Assembly: GCA_963555995.3 (NCBI GenBank)
Contig: OY821641.1
Coordinates: forward strand, 311,399 to 375,398
DNA length: 64,000 nt
Direction of reading: 5' to 3'
Source of the DNA: Vicinamibacteria bacterium
Lineage (GTDB): Bacteria; Acidobacteriota; Vicinamibacteria; Marinacidobacterales; Marinacidobacteraceae
In this document: in pieces, positions 1-9,702 of the stretch
Layout: every line of letters starts with the position of its first letter
Numbering within the stretch: position 1 is the stretch's first letter
Program-made: the position numbers and the translations under genes
The notes under the pieces: model-generated
What the model was told of the DNA's origin: nothing
What the model saw: only the letters and a program-made list of their open reading frames with translations
Databases searched by the model: none

Positions 1-38
1 CGCGACATGCACGCCCCCGGGCCTACCCGCGATTGACC

Positions 39-956
39 CTACTTCCCCAGGCCGTCCCAGATGTCGTTCATGCCGAGCTGGTAGGCGAGCTGGCGCAGCG
101 AGTCCGTGGTCTTCAGGTCGAGGAGGATTCCACGGGTGCGGCGCTGCTCCTCGACGGCGGCGGCCTCCTGCCCCGGATAGCTGATCCGGGCCCGCCGCAG
201 TTGGGAGAGCCGCTCCACCATCCGGTTGCGGAAACCGGCCCAGGGGGCAAAGGCGCGAACCCGGAAGGCGAGGAACAACTGCCCGGTTCCGCCGTGCACC
301 GGTTCGGGCCGGGGCTCGGCGGTGAATTCCGCCGGCAGCGCGGCGCCCCCGAGACTCACCAGGAACTCGAGCGCCAGCGCCAGGTCCCGGTCGCCGCCGT
401 CCGGGAAGCGGAGATTCAGGACGAGCGGATCCGCCGTTTCCGCGGTCGGCACCGCAATTCCGAGCGCGACCGGGTGGGTGGCGGCGGGAGAAGCGCCCGG
501 TTCCGGCAGGCCCGGATCACCGGCGATCGCGATGCCTGCCATCTGGTGGGGCAGCGCGAGAGCGGCGGCGCGTCCCGCCGATCCCAGACGGTTGCCGCGG
601 CGCACCGCAGTGCTGCCGACGCCGTGCCGGTTCGCGCCGCCGATGGCCTCGGTCATCGCCCGCTGGGCGACCGCGGGCCCCGGTCCGTTGTCGCCGTCGA
701 GCACCGCCGTCCCGCCCGAGGAGGCCACCAGCTTCATCTCCGGCGCGGTGTTCACGTGCCGCGTGGAGAGTTTCCGGGCCAGGTCGGGCAGCCAGACCAC
801 CCCGTCGGCGTCCTCCCCGGCGAGGTTGGCCGCCACCATCGCGTCCGCCGTCTGCGACGCCAGTTCCGGCGCCAGCCGAACCCGCTTCAGCGCTTCCCGG
901 ACGAAGAAGTGGAGCTGCCCGTGCCGGACCCGGAGCGGTGCTCCTTCCCCGCTCAC
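39..956 (-). CDS. Ldh_2 family oxidoreductase (malate/L-lactate dehydrogenase family 2-like)
   Basis: The C-terminal 305 aa of the 39..2072 track ORF resemble Ldh_2 proteins ('RHGVGSTAVRRGNRLGSAG', C-terminal 'ISYPGQEAAAVEEQRRTRGILLD'). The GTG start at 956 overlaps the upstream transporter stop (GTGA). The rest of the track ORF is antisense to the transporter and was rejected. Confidence 0.65.
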   Translation of the reverse strand: MSGEGAPLRVRHGQLHFFVREALKRVRLAPELASQTADAMVAANLAGEDADGVVWLPDLARKLSTRHVNTAPEMKLVASSGGTAVLDGDNGPGPAVAQRAMTEAIGGANRHGVGSTAVRRGNRLGSAGRAAALALPHQMAGIAIAGDPGLPEPGASPAATHPVALGIAVPTAETADPLVLNLRFPDGGDRDLALALEFLVSLGGAALPAEFTAEPRPEPVHGGTGQLFLAFRVRAFAPWAGFRNRMVERLSQLRRARISYPGQEAAAVEEQRRTRGILLDLKTTDSLRQLAYQLGMNDIWDGLGK

Positions 957-2254
957 GCGAAGAGCTCCCGCAGCGTCCCGCTCCAGCCCCAGAACAGGAC
1001 GACCACGATGGCCGCCGGGATGACCCAGCGGATCCAGAAGAGCCAGAGACCGCCGAGCGGCTTCGCCGAGCCCCGGCTCGCCTCGGCGAGCGCGCGGCCC
1101 CGCGAGACGAAAAACCCGAGGCCGATCAGGGTAAGCGCCGACCCGATGGGCTGCATGGTCGAGCCCCAGATCAGGTCGCTCCAGCCCAGGTAGTCGGAGC
1201 TGACCATCGAAGGCAGCGCCAGCGGGATCTGGAGGGCGACTGCCGCCGCGACCACCGTCCGCCGGCTCCACCCGGTCCAGGGGACCGCCGAGTTGACGAT
1301 GACTTCGAGGGCGGCGAGGGCCGACAGGAAGGCGGCCAGGAAGAGGGCGAGGAAGAAGACCGGGCCGAAGAACTCGCCGCCGGGCATGGCGGCGAAGACG
1401 CGGGGCAGGGTGAAGAAGACGAGTGGCGGCCCCGAGGCCGGCTCCACCCCGAGGGCGAAGGCCGCCGGCAGCACCGCGAGCCCGCCGAGGATGGCGGCGC
1501 CCGAATCCCCGAAGATCGTCGTGCCGGACAGCCGGCGCAGGTTGGCGTTCGAGGGCAGGTAGCTGCCGTAGGCGAGGAAGAAGGTGCCGCCGAGCGAAAG
1601 GCTGAAGAACGCCTGTCCGAGGGCCGCCAGGAACGTCTCGGCGCTCACGCTGCCGAGGTCGGGCCAGAGGAGGTAGCGGATTCCCTCGGAGGCGCCCGGC
1701 AGCGTGACCGAGCGGACGGCGACCACCACCAGGCCGATGGCGACGAGCGGCATGGCGATCCGCGACAGCCGCTCGACGCCCCGCCGCACCCCGAAGGCGG
1801 CGACCAGGCCCATCGCCCCGAACACGAGCACGGTGAGGCTGAGATTCAGCCCCGTCATGCCGCCGAAGTTCCGGGCGTAGAACGCCTCGGGTTCGACCAC
1901 CACGCCGCCGAGCGCGGCGTAGAACAGGACCTGGGCCACCACCACCGTGTAGTAGGAGCAGGCCATGAACACGGTCAGGAAGAGCAGGCCCCCGATGAAG
2001 CGGCCGCCGGGCATTCCGATGCCGGTGAAGGCGCCGCCGGGACCCGCCCGGGTCAGCCGTCCCAGGCTCCACTCGCCGATCAGCGCCGGAGCGCCGAGCA
2101 GCAGGACGAAGGCGATGTAGATGGCGACGAACGCCCCGCCCCCGTACTGGCCCGCCATGTAGGGGAACCGCCAGATGTTCGCGAGGCCGACGGCGACCCC
2201 GATGAGCGTCATCGCGGTCCCGAAGCGGGTTCCGAAGCGCTCGCCGACGCTCAT
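953..2254 (-). CDS. sodium-dependent transporter, SNF (neurotransmitter:sodium symporter) family
   Basis: N-terminal signature 'GVAVGLANIWRFPYMAGQYGGGAFVAIY', a multi-TM hydrophobic profile, 433 aa. Confidence 0.9.
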   Translation of the reverse strand: MSVGERFGTRFGTAMTLIGVAVGLANIWRFPYMAGQYGGGAFVAIYIAFVLLLGAPALIGEWSLGRLTRAGPGGAFTGIGMPGGRFIGGLLFLTVFMACSYYTVVVAQVLFYAALGGVVVEPEAFYARNFGGMTGLNLSLTVLVFGAMGLVAAFGVRRGVERLSRIAMPLVAIGLVVVAVRSVTLPGASEGIRYLLWPDLGSVSAETFLAALGQAFFSLSLGGTFFLAYGSYLPSNANLRRLSGTTIFGDSGAAILGGLAVLPAAFALGVEPASGPPLVFFTLPRVFAAMPGGEFFGPVFFLALFLAAFLSALAALEVIVNSAVPWTGWSRRTVVAAAVALQIPLALPSMVSSDYLGWSDLIWGSTMQPIGSALTLIGLGFFVSRGRALAEASRGSAKPLGGLWLFWIRWVIPAAIVVVLFWGWSGTLRELFA

Positions 2255-2260
2255 GGCCGC

Positions 2261-2989
2261 TCAGTTCGCACGCAGGTAGTCGCGGGCGTTCAGGGCCTGC
2301 CCGGTCGTGCCTGCCGATTCCGGGGACGCCAGGTGAACGAACACCTCCGCGATCTCTTCCGGCGTCGGGAGGGTCAGCGGATCCTCCGCCGGGTAGGCGG
2401 CGGCGCGCATCGGGGTGCGGGTCGCTCCCGGATTGACGCTGTTCACCCGGACCCCGGTGTCCCCGAGCTCGGCGGCGAGGGTTTGGGTGAAGCCCTCGAG
2501 GCCGAACTTGGACACCGCGTAGGGCCCCCAGTTGGGCTTGCCGATGCGGCCCACGGTCGAGCTGACGTTGATGATGGAGGCGGTCTCCCGTTCGAGGAAG
2601 GCCGGGAGGAGCGGCTTCGTCACGTAGAGCAGGCTCGCGGTGTTGATCCGCAGGGTGTCCGCCCAGACCTTCGGGTCCTGCTCGATGATGGGCCCTCGCA
2701 CGCCCAGGATCGAGGCGTTGTTGACGAGGACCGAAAGGTCGGGGAAGCGGGCGAGCGCGGCATGGACCATCGCCCCGGCCGATTCCGGGTCGCCGACGTC
2801 CGAGGCGGCATAGCCGATCCGCCCCGGGTGAGCCGCTGCGAGTTCGTCGGCGGTCTCGCGGAGGCGGTCCTCACCGCGGGCGGTCAGGAAGACCCGGGCT
2901 CCCTCCCGGAGGAAGACGCGGGCGAGGCCGCGCCCGATCCCGGAGGAGGCGCCGGTGATCAGCGCCGAGATGCCATCGAGCCGTCTCAC
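2261..2989 (-). CDS. SDR family oxidoreductase
   Basis: Rossmann motif 'ALITGASSGIGRG', 'NNAS' and a catalytic 'YAVSKFG' (YxxxK). The GTG start overlaps the ccmD stop (GTGA). Confidence 0.9.
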   Translation of the reverse strand: MRRLDGISALITGASSGIGRGLARVFLREGARVFLTARGEDRLRETADELAAAHPGRIGYAASDVGDPESAGAMVHAALARFPDLSVLVNNASILGVRGPIIEQDPKVWADTLRINTASLLYVTKPLLPAFLERETASIINVSSTVGRIGKPNWGPYAVSKFGLEGFTQTLAAELGDTGVRVNSVNPGATRTPMRAAAYPAEDPLTLPTPEEIAEVFVHLASPESAGTTGQALNARDYLRAN

Positions 2990-3129
2990 GGGTCTCTCGT
3001 CCGCGCCTCTTCGGCCAGCAGGCGCGCGCGTTCGCGGCGGAGCCTGCGTTCGAGCAGCCCGAGCCGGACCACGTACGCCCCGAGCAGCACGAAGAAGGCG
3101 GTGTAGCCGGCGGACAGCCAGTCGTTCAT
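2986..3129 (-). CDS. ccmD: heme exporter protein CcmD (small membrane protein)
   Basis: A 47-aa single-TM peptide ('MNDWLSAGYTAFFVLLGAYVV...') directly after ccmC. Its ATG overlaps the ccmC stop (ATGA). Position and size are typical of CcmD. Confidence 0.6.
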   Translation of the reverse strand: MNDWLSAGYTAFFVLLGAYVVRLGLLERRLRRERARLLAEEARTRDP

Positions 3130-3875
3130 GACGCCGCCGCGAGTCGCCGCGCGCGAAGCGCTTCGACCGCGCGTGTTTCCCGCTCCAGTTCCATCCGCCA
3201 CTGGAAGAGCCAGATGAAGAGGAAGGTGAAGGCGGCGAGGCAGATGAGCAGCGCGACCCACATGTCGGGGTGGAGCCCCGAGTCCGGTCCGCCCATGATG
3301 ACCGGCGCCGGATGCTGGGTGCGCCACCAGCGGATCGAGAAGTAGACGATGGGTACGTCGGCGCCACCGAGGATGCCGAGTACCGCCGCCAGGTTGGCCC
3401 GCCGGGTGGGGTCGTCCACGTAGCCGCGGAGCAGGAGATAGCCGGCGTAGATCAGCCAGAGGACGAAGGCCGTGGTCAGCCGGGCGTCCCACGTCCACCA
3501 GATCCCCCACGCCGGCTTCGCCCAGATGATCCCCATCGCGAGTCCGGTGGTGGCGAACAGCGTGCCGATCTCGGCGGCGGCGAGCGCCGCCATGTCGTAG
3601 CGCGGATTCCGGGTGCGGAGCCAGGCGACGCTCGCCCCGGCGACGAGCAGAAAGGCGGCGAAGGCGAGCCACCACGAGGCGATGTGGAAGTAGAACAGCC
3701 GCTGGAGGTCGCCCATGGTGAGTTCGGTGGGCGCGTAGAAGAAGACCGCCCAACTGGACACCACGAGGCCGAGCGCGGCGGGGATCGCCCATCTGCCGCC
3801 GCGCCGCGGTGCGCCGCCGTTCATGGCTCCCGGGCGGTTGCCGGGTGTCTCGCTGCTCATTCTTTCGGTCGGCAA
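3126..3875 (-). CDS. ccmC: heme exporter protein CcmC
   Basis: Tryptophan-rich WWD motif 'WGIWWTWDARLT' in a multi-TM protein. The exact start is uncertain (alternative Met codons downstream). Confidence 0.9.
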   Translation of the reverse strand: MPTERMSSETPGNRPGAMNGGAPRRGGRWAIPAALGLVVSSWAVFFYAPTELTMGDLQRLFYFHIASWWLAFAAFLLVAGASVAWLRTRNPRYDMAALAAAEIGTLFATTGLAMGIIWAKPAWGIWWTWDARLTTAFVLWLIYAGYLLLRGYVDDPTRRANLAAVLGILGGADVPIVYFSIRWWRTQHPAPVIMGGPDSGLHPDMWVALLICLAAFTFLFIWLFQWRMELERETRAVEALRARRLAAAS

Positions 3876-3907
3876 TCCAGGGAATCGGGCAGGACTATAC
3901 TCGGCGA

Positions 3908-4747
3908 ATGCCTCGCTTCCGCTCCCGTCCGCGCCTCGCCGCCTTGCTGCCGGCCGCCGTTTTCGCGGTCGCCGGGGTGGCGAATGCCCAGGTGCTTCCC
4001 GCCTCCGCCGATACCGCCCGGGACCGGTTGAATTCGTCCCCGCGCCACGGCGAATGGGTCTCGGTGCCCGCGCCGGGCGGGGATGCGGTCGAGTCCTGGA
4101 TCGTCTATCCGGAGCGGTCGGATACCGCGCCGGTGGTCGTGGTCATTCACGAGATCTTCGGTCTCACCGACTGGATTCGGGCGGTCGCGGACGAGATGGC
4201 TTCCCAGGGTTTCATCGCGGTCGCCCCCGACCTGTTGACCGGCAAGGGGCCGGACGGGGGACGGACCGATTCGGTGGATGGCGACGGGGCGCGGGCGCTG
4301 ATCCGGGCGCTCGACCGCGATGAGGTGCACACCCGGCTGAAGGCGGTGGCGGACTGGGCCACCGCGCTTCCCGCCGCCCGCGATGCCTACGGGGTGGTCG
4401 GCTTCTGCTGGGGCGGACGCACGAGCTTCACCTTCGCCACCGCCGATGCCGAACTCGGCGCGGCGGTCGTCTACTACGGGACGTCGCCTGAGAACGAGAC
4501 GCTCGCCGCCGTCGAGGCGCCGGTGCTCGGCCTCTACGGCGAGGACGACGCGCGGGTGAACGAGACGATCCCGCCGGCGCAGAACCGGATGGAGGAGCTC
4601 GGCAAGTCCTTCCAGGTGGAGATCTTCGCCGGGGCGGGACACGGGTTCCTGCGCGCCCAGGAAGGCCGCGAGGGGCGCAACCTGACGGCGTCCTCGCAGG
4701 CGTGGCCGCTCACGGTCCGCTTCTTCCGGGAACATCTCGGTTCCTGA
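3908..4747 (+). CDS. dienelactone hydrolase family protein (secreted)
   Basis: Signal peptide 'MPRFRSRPRLAALLPAAVFAVAGVANAQ'. Family motifs 'VVVIHEIFGL', nucleophile 'GFCWGG', 'GAGHGF'. Confidence 0.85.
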   Translation: MPRFRSRPRLAALLPAAVFAVAGVANAQVLPASADTARDRLNSSPRHGEWVSVPAPGGDAVESWIVYPERSDTAPVVVVIHEIFGLTDWIRAVADEMASQGFIAVAPDLLTGKGPDGGRTDSVDGDGARALIRALDRDEVHTRLKAVADWATALPAARDAYGVVGFCWGGRTSFTFATADAELGAAVVYYGTSPENETLAAVEAPVLGLYGEDDARVNETIPPAQNRMEELGKSFQVEIFAGAGHGFLRAQEGREGRNLTASSQAWPLTVRFFREHLGS

Positions 4748-4788
4748 ACGCGGGATTCGCGCTTGCTGTCAAAGAAAAGGAGGTACTC

Positions 4789-5280
4789 ATGTTCCTGACG
4801 CGTCTGCTGTTACCTGCCGCCATGCTCGCCGGGACCGCCGCGCCCGCCTTCGCGCAGGCTGACGGCGATTTCCGCTGGGTCTTCGTCGGCCAGCGGGACT
4901 ACACCACCGTCGAACACGGCGGTCACTCGTTCACCGCCGGCGGGCTCCACGGCGTCCTGACCGTGCCCTCCGCGGGCCCGGAGAGCCCGTTCACCGAGGA
5001 TGCCCTGCTCCACGGGACCTGCGCCACCTCCATCAAGGTCGAGGAGTCCGGGCTCGAAATCGATTCCCATTGCACGCTCCAGGATGCCGACGAGGACGAG
5101 GTGTATCTGGAGGCCCACCGGGATTCGGGCGATGCCGCGGTCGGGGGCGGCGGACTGGGCGCCTTCGTGTTCACCGGAGGCACGGGGAAGTTCGCCGGGA
5201 TCACCGGAATCGAGTGCCCGTACGAGGTCCACTACCTGGAGGACAACGACACGGTCGTCACCGGCCGCTGCCGGCCCTGA
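4789..5280 (+). CDS. hypothetical secreted protein
   Basis: A strong RBS (aaggagg) lies 6 nt before the ATG. Signal peptide 'MFLTRLLLPAAMLAGTAAPAFAQ'. No recognisable family. Confidence 0.6.
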   Translation: MFLTRLLLPAAMLAGTAAPAFAQADGDFRWVFVGQRDYTTVEHGGHSFTAGGLHGVLTVPSAGPESPFTEDALLHGTCATSIKVEESGLEIDSHCTLQDADEDEVYLEAHRDSGDAAVGGGGLGAFVFTGGTGKFAGITGIECPYEVHYLEDNDTVVTGRCRP

Positions 5281-5307
5281 AGCCGGCGACCCGGTTGCCG
5301 AGCCCGC

Positions 5308-6729
5308 TCAACGGACCAGCGTGAACGCCTTCCGCGTCTCGTACACCTGCTCGCCGTAGAGGACCCGGATTCCGAGTTCGTAGCGCCCCGGCGCGAAGTC
5401 GCGCAATTCGATCTCCGCATTGGCGGCGGCCTGGCGGGTGCTGGTGGGGAGCGCCTCCGGGCGGACGAAACCCGTGTCCCGGCCCTCCCGGCTCAGGGTG
5501 TACTCCGCCACGATCTCCGGCAGCTCGCCGTCGTCCACCCGCTCCCCCGGATAGAAGAAGTAGAAGGCCCCGAGGGTCTCGTCCTGCCGGAAGACCCCCG
5601 TGGAACGGGGCTCGAAGTGGGTGCGGCCGAACTGGAAGGCGCGGCCCGGAACGGCGCCGGTGTACTCCTGCATCGTGGTGTCGCCGTAGAGGACCACCGA
5701 CGAGAAGCCGGGGTCCGCCTCCGGAAAGGCCGGGGTCTCGATTTCCACCTCCGCCGTGCCGTAGGCATCGGACTGCTCGTCCACCACCCCGAGCAGGAGC
5801 CGGTGCGCACCCGGCGGGAGGACGAGCGAGGCTTCGAAGCGCGTCGGTCCTTCGGCGGCCTGGATCGAGGTGTGTGCGGTCTCGAGCCGGTAGGTGGCGG
5901 CCCCGGGGCCTTCCTCTTCGGCCGATGCGGTCTTGGCGAACACGGAAGCGGCCACCTGACCGTCGCTTCCGGGAGCGAGCGCCGCCTCCGGGGTCTCGAA
6001 CAGCATCGCCACGTACGTCGCCCGGTCGTCCACCCGGAAGTAGGCCGGGGTCACCCGGAAGGGAAAACCGCCCGCCGGCGGGGCGCCGCCGCCCATCCGC
6101 GCGAGGACCTGCCGGGCGCGTTCGGATCCCCCGGCGGGGAGGTTCGGGATCACCAGTTGGCCCGCCTCGTCGCGCTCGAACCCGATCTCGGGCCGCGCGA
6201 TGAGCCGGCGGCGCATCTCTTCGAGATCCTCGTCCACCTCGGTCCGGTTCTCGAGCCAGAGCTGGCCGTCCTCGTCACGCAGGTAGAGGGCTTCGAGGGT
6301 GTCTTCGAGTCCGTTCTCCGGTTCGGGAGGAAAGACCCAGAGCAGCCCTTCAGGGGTTTCTTCGGTCGCGGGCCGGGGCAGCACCTGGACGGGCATTCCG
6401 AGGAGTACGAAGACGCGCGCCCGGTCACCCCCGCCGTAACCGCCGTCCTCGGAGAAGTTCGAATCGGCAAGCCGCACCCGCGCCAGGTAGAGGTCGAGGG
6501 TCTCGTTCCGGGGAGTGGACGGGTCCGGGTCCCGGCGCATCCAGAAGAGGCGCCGGAAGGCCCCCCGGTCGCCGTGAGTCACGGCCTGGATGGACGCGCG
6601 CCGTTCGTCCCCGGTCATCAGGAAGGACTCCAGCCAGCCGAGTTCGGTGACGGTGGGGTGGCTTCTCCCCTGGGCGAGAACAGCCGCCGGGACAGTCAAC
6701 AGCAGGACGGCAAGCAGGACAAACGGCAC
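5308..6729 (-). CDS. GWxTD-like domain secreted protein
   Basis: Signal peptide, then 'FWMRRDPDPSTPRNE...YLARVRLADSNF...GGDRARVFVLLGMP', which resembles the GWxTD domain layout (degenerate). Confidence 0.6.
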   Translation of the reverse strand: MPFVLLAVLLLTVPAAVLAQGRSHPTVTELGWLESFLMTGDERRASIQAVTHGDRGAFRRLFWMRRDPDPSTPRNETLDLYLARVRLADSNFSEDGGYGGGDRARVFVLLGMPVQVLPRPATEETPEGLLWVFPPEPENGLEDTLEALYLRDEDGQLWLENRTEVDEDLEEMRRRLIARPEIGFERDEAGQLVIPNLPAGGSERARQVLARMGGGAPPAGGFPFRVTPAYFRVDDRATYVAMLFETPEAALAPGSDGQVAASVFAKTASAEEEGPGAATYRLETAHTSIQAAEGPTRFEASLVLPPGAHRLLLGVVDEQSDAYGTAEVEIETPAFPEADPGFSSVVLYGDTTMQEYTGAVPGRAFQFGRTHFEPRSTGVFRQDETLGAFYFFYPGERVDDGELPEIVAEYTLSREGRDTGFVRPEALPTSTRQAAANAEIELRDFAPGRYELGIRVLYGEQVYETRKAFTLVR

Positions 6730-6829
6730 GACGGAAACCTAGCGCGCGACGGGAGCTGGAACCCCGTCGGCGTCGGGCGGGCTGGTCTGCTACCGGCCGG
6801 CCGGAAGCCTCAATCTGCGAAGGCGCGGA

Positions 6830-7282
6830 TCAGTCCGTTGAAGGGTGCGCGGGGCGCTCCTGGAACTCGAAGTCCTCCTGGCAGCACCAGCAGGGTCCCG
6901 GGAGATGCGAGGTGATGTTGCAGGTGAAGCAGAAGTAGTAGGGCTCGATCGTCTCGCCGTCCTGGACCGTGTAGAGGCGGATGATCTTGCCGAGGCCGTC
7001 CTCCTGCCAGAGCGCAACCTGCAACGGATGCCGGTTCACCCGCTCGTCCGTGAGGATCTCGACCCGCAGGTCCGTCGGGTCCAGCCGGTGGATCGTGCCG
7101 TCCGGCGTCTCGATTCCGAACTCCTCCCCGAAGGAGCAGTCCGTCACCGGTCCTGGTTCACCGTCCTTCAGGCAGACCGGGTGGCCGGAAACGATGACCT
7201 CGCGGCCATCCCGACCCGCCCTCGTGACGGCGGGCGCGGCGATCAGGAGAAGCGCCGCCCGGAGCGCATCGCGTCTTCGCAT
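6830..7282 (-). CDS. hypothetical secreted protein with Cys-rich C-terminus
   Basis: Signal-like N-terminus 'MRRRDALRAALLLIAAPAV'. C-terminal 'YYFCFTCNITSHLPGPCWCC'. The upstream part of the track ORF was rejected. Confidence 0.55.
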   Translation of the reverse strand: MRRRDALRAALLLIAAPAVTRAGRDGREVIVSGHPVCLKDGEPGPVTDCSFGEEFGIETPDGTIHRLDPTDLRVEILTDERVNRHPLQVALWQEDGLGKIIRLYTVQDGETIEPYYFCFTCNITSHLPGPCWCCQEDFEFQERPAHPSTD

Positions 7283-7442
7283 GGGACGGAGGAGATTAGC
7301 AGGGGAACGCCGGTCGTGCCCCCAGTGGACCTTTGGCAGTTCGCGAACGGGCGGCTCACCCGCCCGGCGCCGATGGCGTTCCTGGGCCCAATACGTCGTC
7401 CGGGAGTTCCATAGAATCGGGAAGCGTCTTCCGACGGGAGGA

Positions 7443-8885
7443 ATGACCATGCGGATAAAGGCTCTGCTCTTCGTCCTGCTCTTCGCGGCGGCCCCGGCGG
7501 TCGCCCAGGAGAGCCCCGACTCTCCGGTCCAGGCCGGCATCACCCTGCTGGACACGTGGATCCAGACCCAGATGGAGTTCGGCGGCCTGCCCGGGCTGGT
7601 GATCGGGATCGTCCACGACCAGGAACCGGTGTGGGTGAAGGCTTACGGCCACGCCTCGCTGGATCCTCCGATTCCCATGAGCGAGGACTCCATCTTCCGG
7701 ATCGCCTCCCACTCGAAGCTGTTCACCGCGATCACGGTGATGCGCGCCCGCGACGCCGGAAAGCTCCGCCTCGACGACCCGGTCACCGAGCACCTGCCGT
7801 GGTTCGACATCCACAACCGGCATCCGGAGGCGCGGCCGGTCACCGTCCGCCACCTGCTGACCCACACCGCGGGGCTGCCGCGCGAGTCCATCCATCCCGC
7901 CTGGACCGACTTCGAGTTCCCGGAGGTGGAGGCCCTGCGGGAGACGGTCTCGGATCAGGAGACCACCTACGCCACGGAGACCAAGTGGAAGTACTCGAAC
8001 CTCGGGTTCACGCTCGCCGGCATGGTGGCCGAAGCCGCCGCCGGCGATTCCTTCGCCGACCTCGTGACCGACGGGATCCTGAGACCGCTGGGGATGGACT
8101 CCACCAGCGTCGGCCAGGTCCCGGCAGACCAGCGGGACCGGCTCGCGACCGGCTACGGCCGCCGGATGCCCGATGGCCCGCGCGAGGTCTTCCCCTTCGT
8201 GGACGCCCGGTCGTTCGACCCCGCGACCGGCCTTTCCTCGACGGTCCCCGACATGCTCCGTTTCCTCTCCTGGCAGATGCGGGTCCGCGACCGCCGCAGC
8301 GAAGAGGTCCTCGCCAGCAACACCCTGCTGGAGATGCAGCGGGTCCAGTGGCTCCATACCTCGTGGAACAGCGGCTGGGGCCTCGGTTTCTCGGTGCGCC
8401 ACACCGAAGACCGCGACCTGATCGGCCACGGCGGTGGGTATCCCGGCTACCGCACCCAGACGCAGCTCAGCCCGGAGGAGAAGATCGGCGTCGTCGTCTT
8501 CACGAACGGCGGTGACGGCGACCCCGGCCGCTACCTCAACAAGGCTTTCGAATGGGTCGGCCCCGCCCTTGCCGCAGCCCGCGCCGAAAAGGAGAAACCC
8601 GCGGTCTGGTCCTCCGACTGGGACATCTACCTCGGGACCTACCGGAGGCGCAGCGGGGACACCGCCGTGCTCCGCCAGGAGAACGACCTGGTGATCCTGT
8701 CACCCCTTTCCGAGGATCCGAGCGGTTCGAAGGGGGTGCTGAAGCCGACCGACACCCCCCACGTCTTCCGGCTGGAGAGCGACGGCTTCGGTGCCCACGG
8801 GGAACTCGTGCGCTTCGAGGTGAACGACGCGGGCGAGGTCACCCGGATCTTCGTCGGGGTGAACTACTCGCACCGGGTGCGGTAG
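7443..8885 (+). CDS. serine hydrolase (beta-lactamase/PBP4-like family)
   Basis: Signal peptide 'MTMRIKALLFVLLFAAAPAVAQ'. SxxK motif 'IASHSKLFT'. 'YSNLGF' and 'GHGGGYPGY' motifs. Confidence 0.85.
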   Translation: MTMRIKALLFVLLFAAAPAVAQESPDSPVQAGITLLDTWIQTQMEFGGLPGLVIGIVHDQEPVWVKAYGHASLDPPIPMSEDSIFRIASHSKLFTAITVMRARDAGKLRLDDPVTEHLPWFDIHNRHPEARPVTVRHLLTHTAGLPRESIHPAWTDFEFPEVEALRETVSDQETTYATETKWKYSNLGFTLAGMVAEAAAGDSFADLVTDGILRPLGMDSTSVGQVPADQRDRLATGYGRRMPDGPREVFPFVDARSFDPATGLSSTVPDMLRFLSWQMRVRDRRSEEVLASNTLLEMQRVQWLHTSWNSGWGLGFSVRHTEDRDLIGHGGGYPGYRTQTQLSPEEKIGVVVFTNGGDGDPGRYLNKAFEWVGPALAAARAEKEKPAVWSSDWDIYLGTYRRRSGDTAVLRQENDLVILSPLSEDPSGSKGVLKPTDTPHVFRLESDGFGAHGELVRFEVNDAGEVTRIFVGVNYSHRVR

Positions 8886-8898
8886 GGCAGGGGCCGCC

Positions 8899-8950
8899 AG
8901 CTTGGAACGCCGGTCTCCAGACCGGCACGCGCGGCGCGCCGCGCACGGCG
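8899..8950 (-). repeat. REP-like two-hairpin module (reverse orientation)
   Basis: 'cttggaacgccggtctccagaccggcacgcgcggcgcgccgcgcacg'. H2 is ccggtct/agaccgg, with a shortened GC-rich H1. Confidence 0.85.
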
Positions 8951-9086
8951 CGACCTTGACCTGCGGGACCGTTCTTTGCCTCGGCGTTCACCTCCACGGC
9001 CGAGAGTTTGATCCATGCAAATCGAGATAGTGGAAGCGATCAGCCTTCAAGAGATGGCGGCATTGCTCCGGGACTGGTGATTCGTC

Positions 9087-9668
9087 ATGGCTTCAAGACT
9101 TGACCGGTATTTCCAGCGCACCAGAGAGTGGCCGGAGGAAAAGCGGAAGCTCCGGGCGATCCTGCTGGACTTCCCGCTCACCGAGGAGCTGAAGTGGCGC
9201 CAGCCCTGCTACACGTTTCAGGGAGCGAACGTGGTCATCCTGTCCGGGCTGAAACACACGGTGGACCTCGGTTTCTTCAAGGGCTCCCTGCTGGACAACC
9301 CGCACGGGCTGCTCATTCCGCCGGGGCCGCACTCGCAGGCGTCCCGTCAACTGCGGTTCACGAGCGTCGAGGAGATCGAGGAGAAGGAACCGATCATCCG
9401 GGCCACCATTCAAGACGCCATTGAGGTGGAACGGGCGGGCCTGCGGGTGGACTTCAGGCAGAAGCACGAACTGGAGCTGGTGGCGGAACTCCTCGCGAAG
9501 ATGGAGTCGGACGCCGAATTCAAGGTGGCCTTCGAGGCGCTGACGCCGGGGCGGCAGCGGGGATACAACCTCTTCTTCGGCGCGGCGAAACAGTCGAAGA
9601 CGCGTGCCGCGCGGATCGAGAAGCACGCGGCGCGGATTGTGGAGGGGAAGGGCATGCACGACCGGTAG
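9087..9668 (+). CDS. YdeI/OmpD-associated (DUF1801-type) family protein
   Basis: 'LTEELKWRQPCYTFQGANVVILSGLKHTVDLGFFKG' (DUF1801-like), plus C-terminal 'FEALTPGRQRGYNLFFGAAKQSKTRAARIEK' (YdeI-like). Confidence 0.75.
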   Translation: MASRLDRYFQRTREWPEEKRKLRAILLDFPLTEELKWRQPCYTFQGANVVILSGLKHTVDLGFFKGSLLDNPHGLLIPPGPHSQASRQLRFTSVEEIEEKEPIIRATIQDAIEVERAGLRVDFRQKHELELVAELLAKMESDAEFKVAFEALTPGRQRGYNLFFGAAKQSKTRAARIEKHAARIVEGKGMHDR

Positions 9669-9702
9669 TCCGTCGGGTCTGATGCGGCGGTCTCGCACTT
9701 TG

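Noticed and set aside
39-2072. A 677-aa ORF that appears to fuse an N-terminal extension to the Ldh_2-like protein.
   Set aside because: The N-terminal 370 aa overlap the SNF transporter gene in another frame and look non-protein-like. A GTG at 956 with a GTGA overlap to the transporter stop gives a plausible Ldh_2-size product.
938-3106. Very long ORFs on the strand opposite to recognisable genes. Examples: 938..3106, 10034..12256, 10416..11867, 26874..28745, 28727..30286, 31967..34567, 38349..40643, 40644..42023, 52962..55631.
   Set aside because: They have the typical high-GC 'shadow' ORF composition: Arg/Gly/Pro/Ala-rich, low complexity and no motifs. Each is antisense to a CDS with clear family signatures.
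9003-9014. 'agagtttgatcc', which is identical to the start of the universal 16S rRNA 5' end (27F primer site).
   Set aside because: The match covers only 12 nt, after which the sequence diverges ('atgcaaatcgag'). No rRNA-like sequence follows, so this is coincidence.
9015-9083. A 22-codon ORF 'MQIEIVEAISLQEMAALLRDW' in a lower-GC patch upstream of the YdeI-like gene.
   Set aside because: It is too short to support and has no RBS or family signal. It may be a gene fragment.
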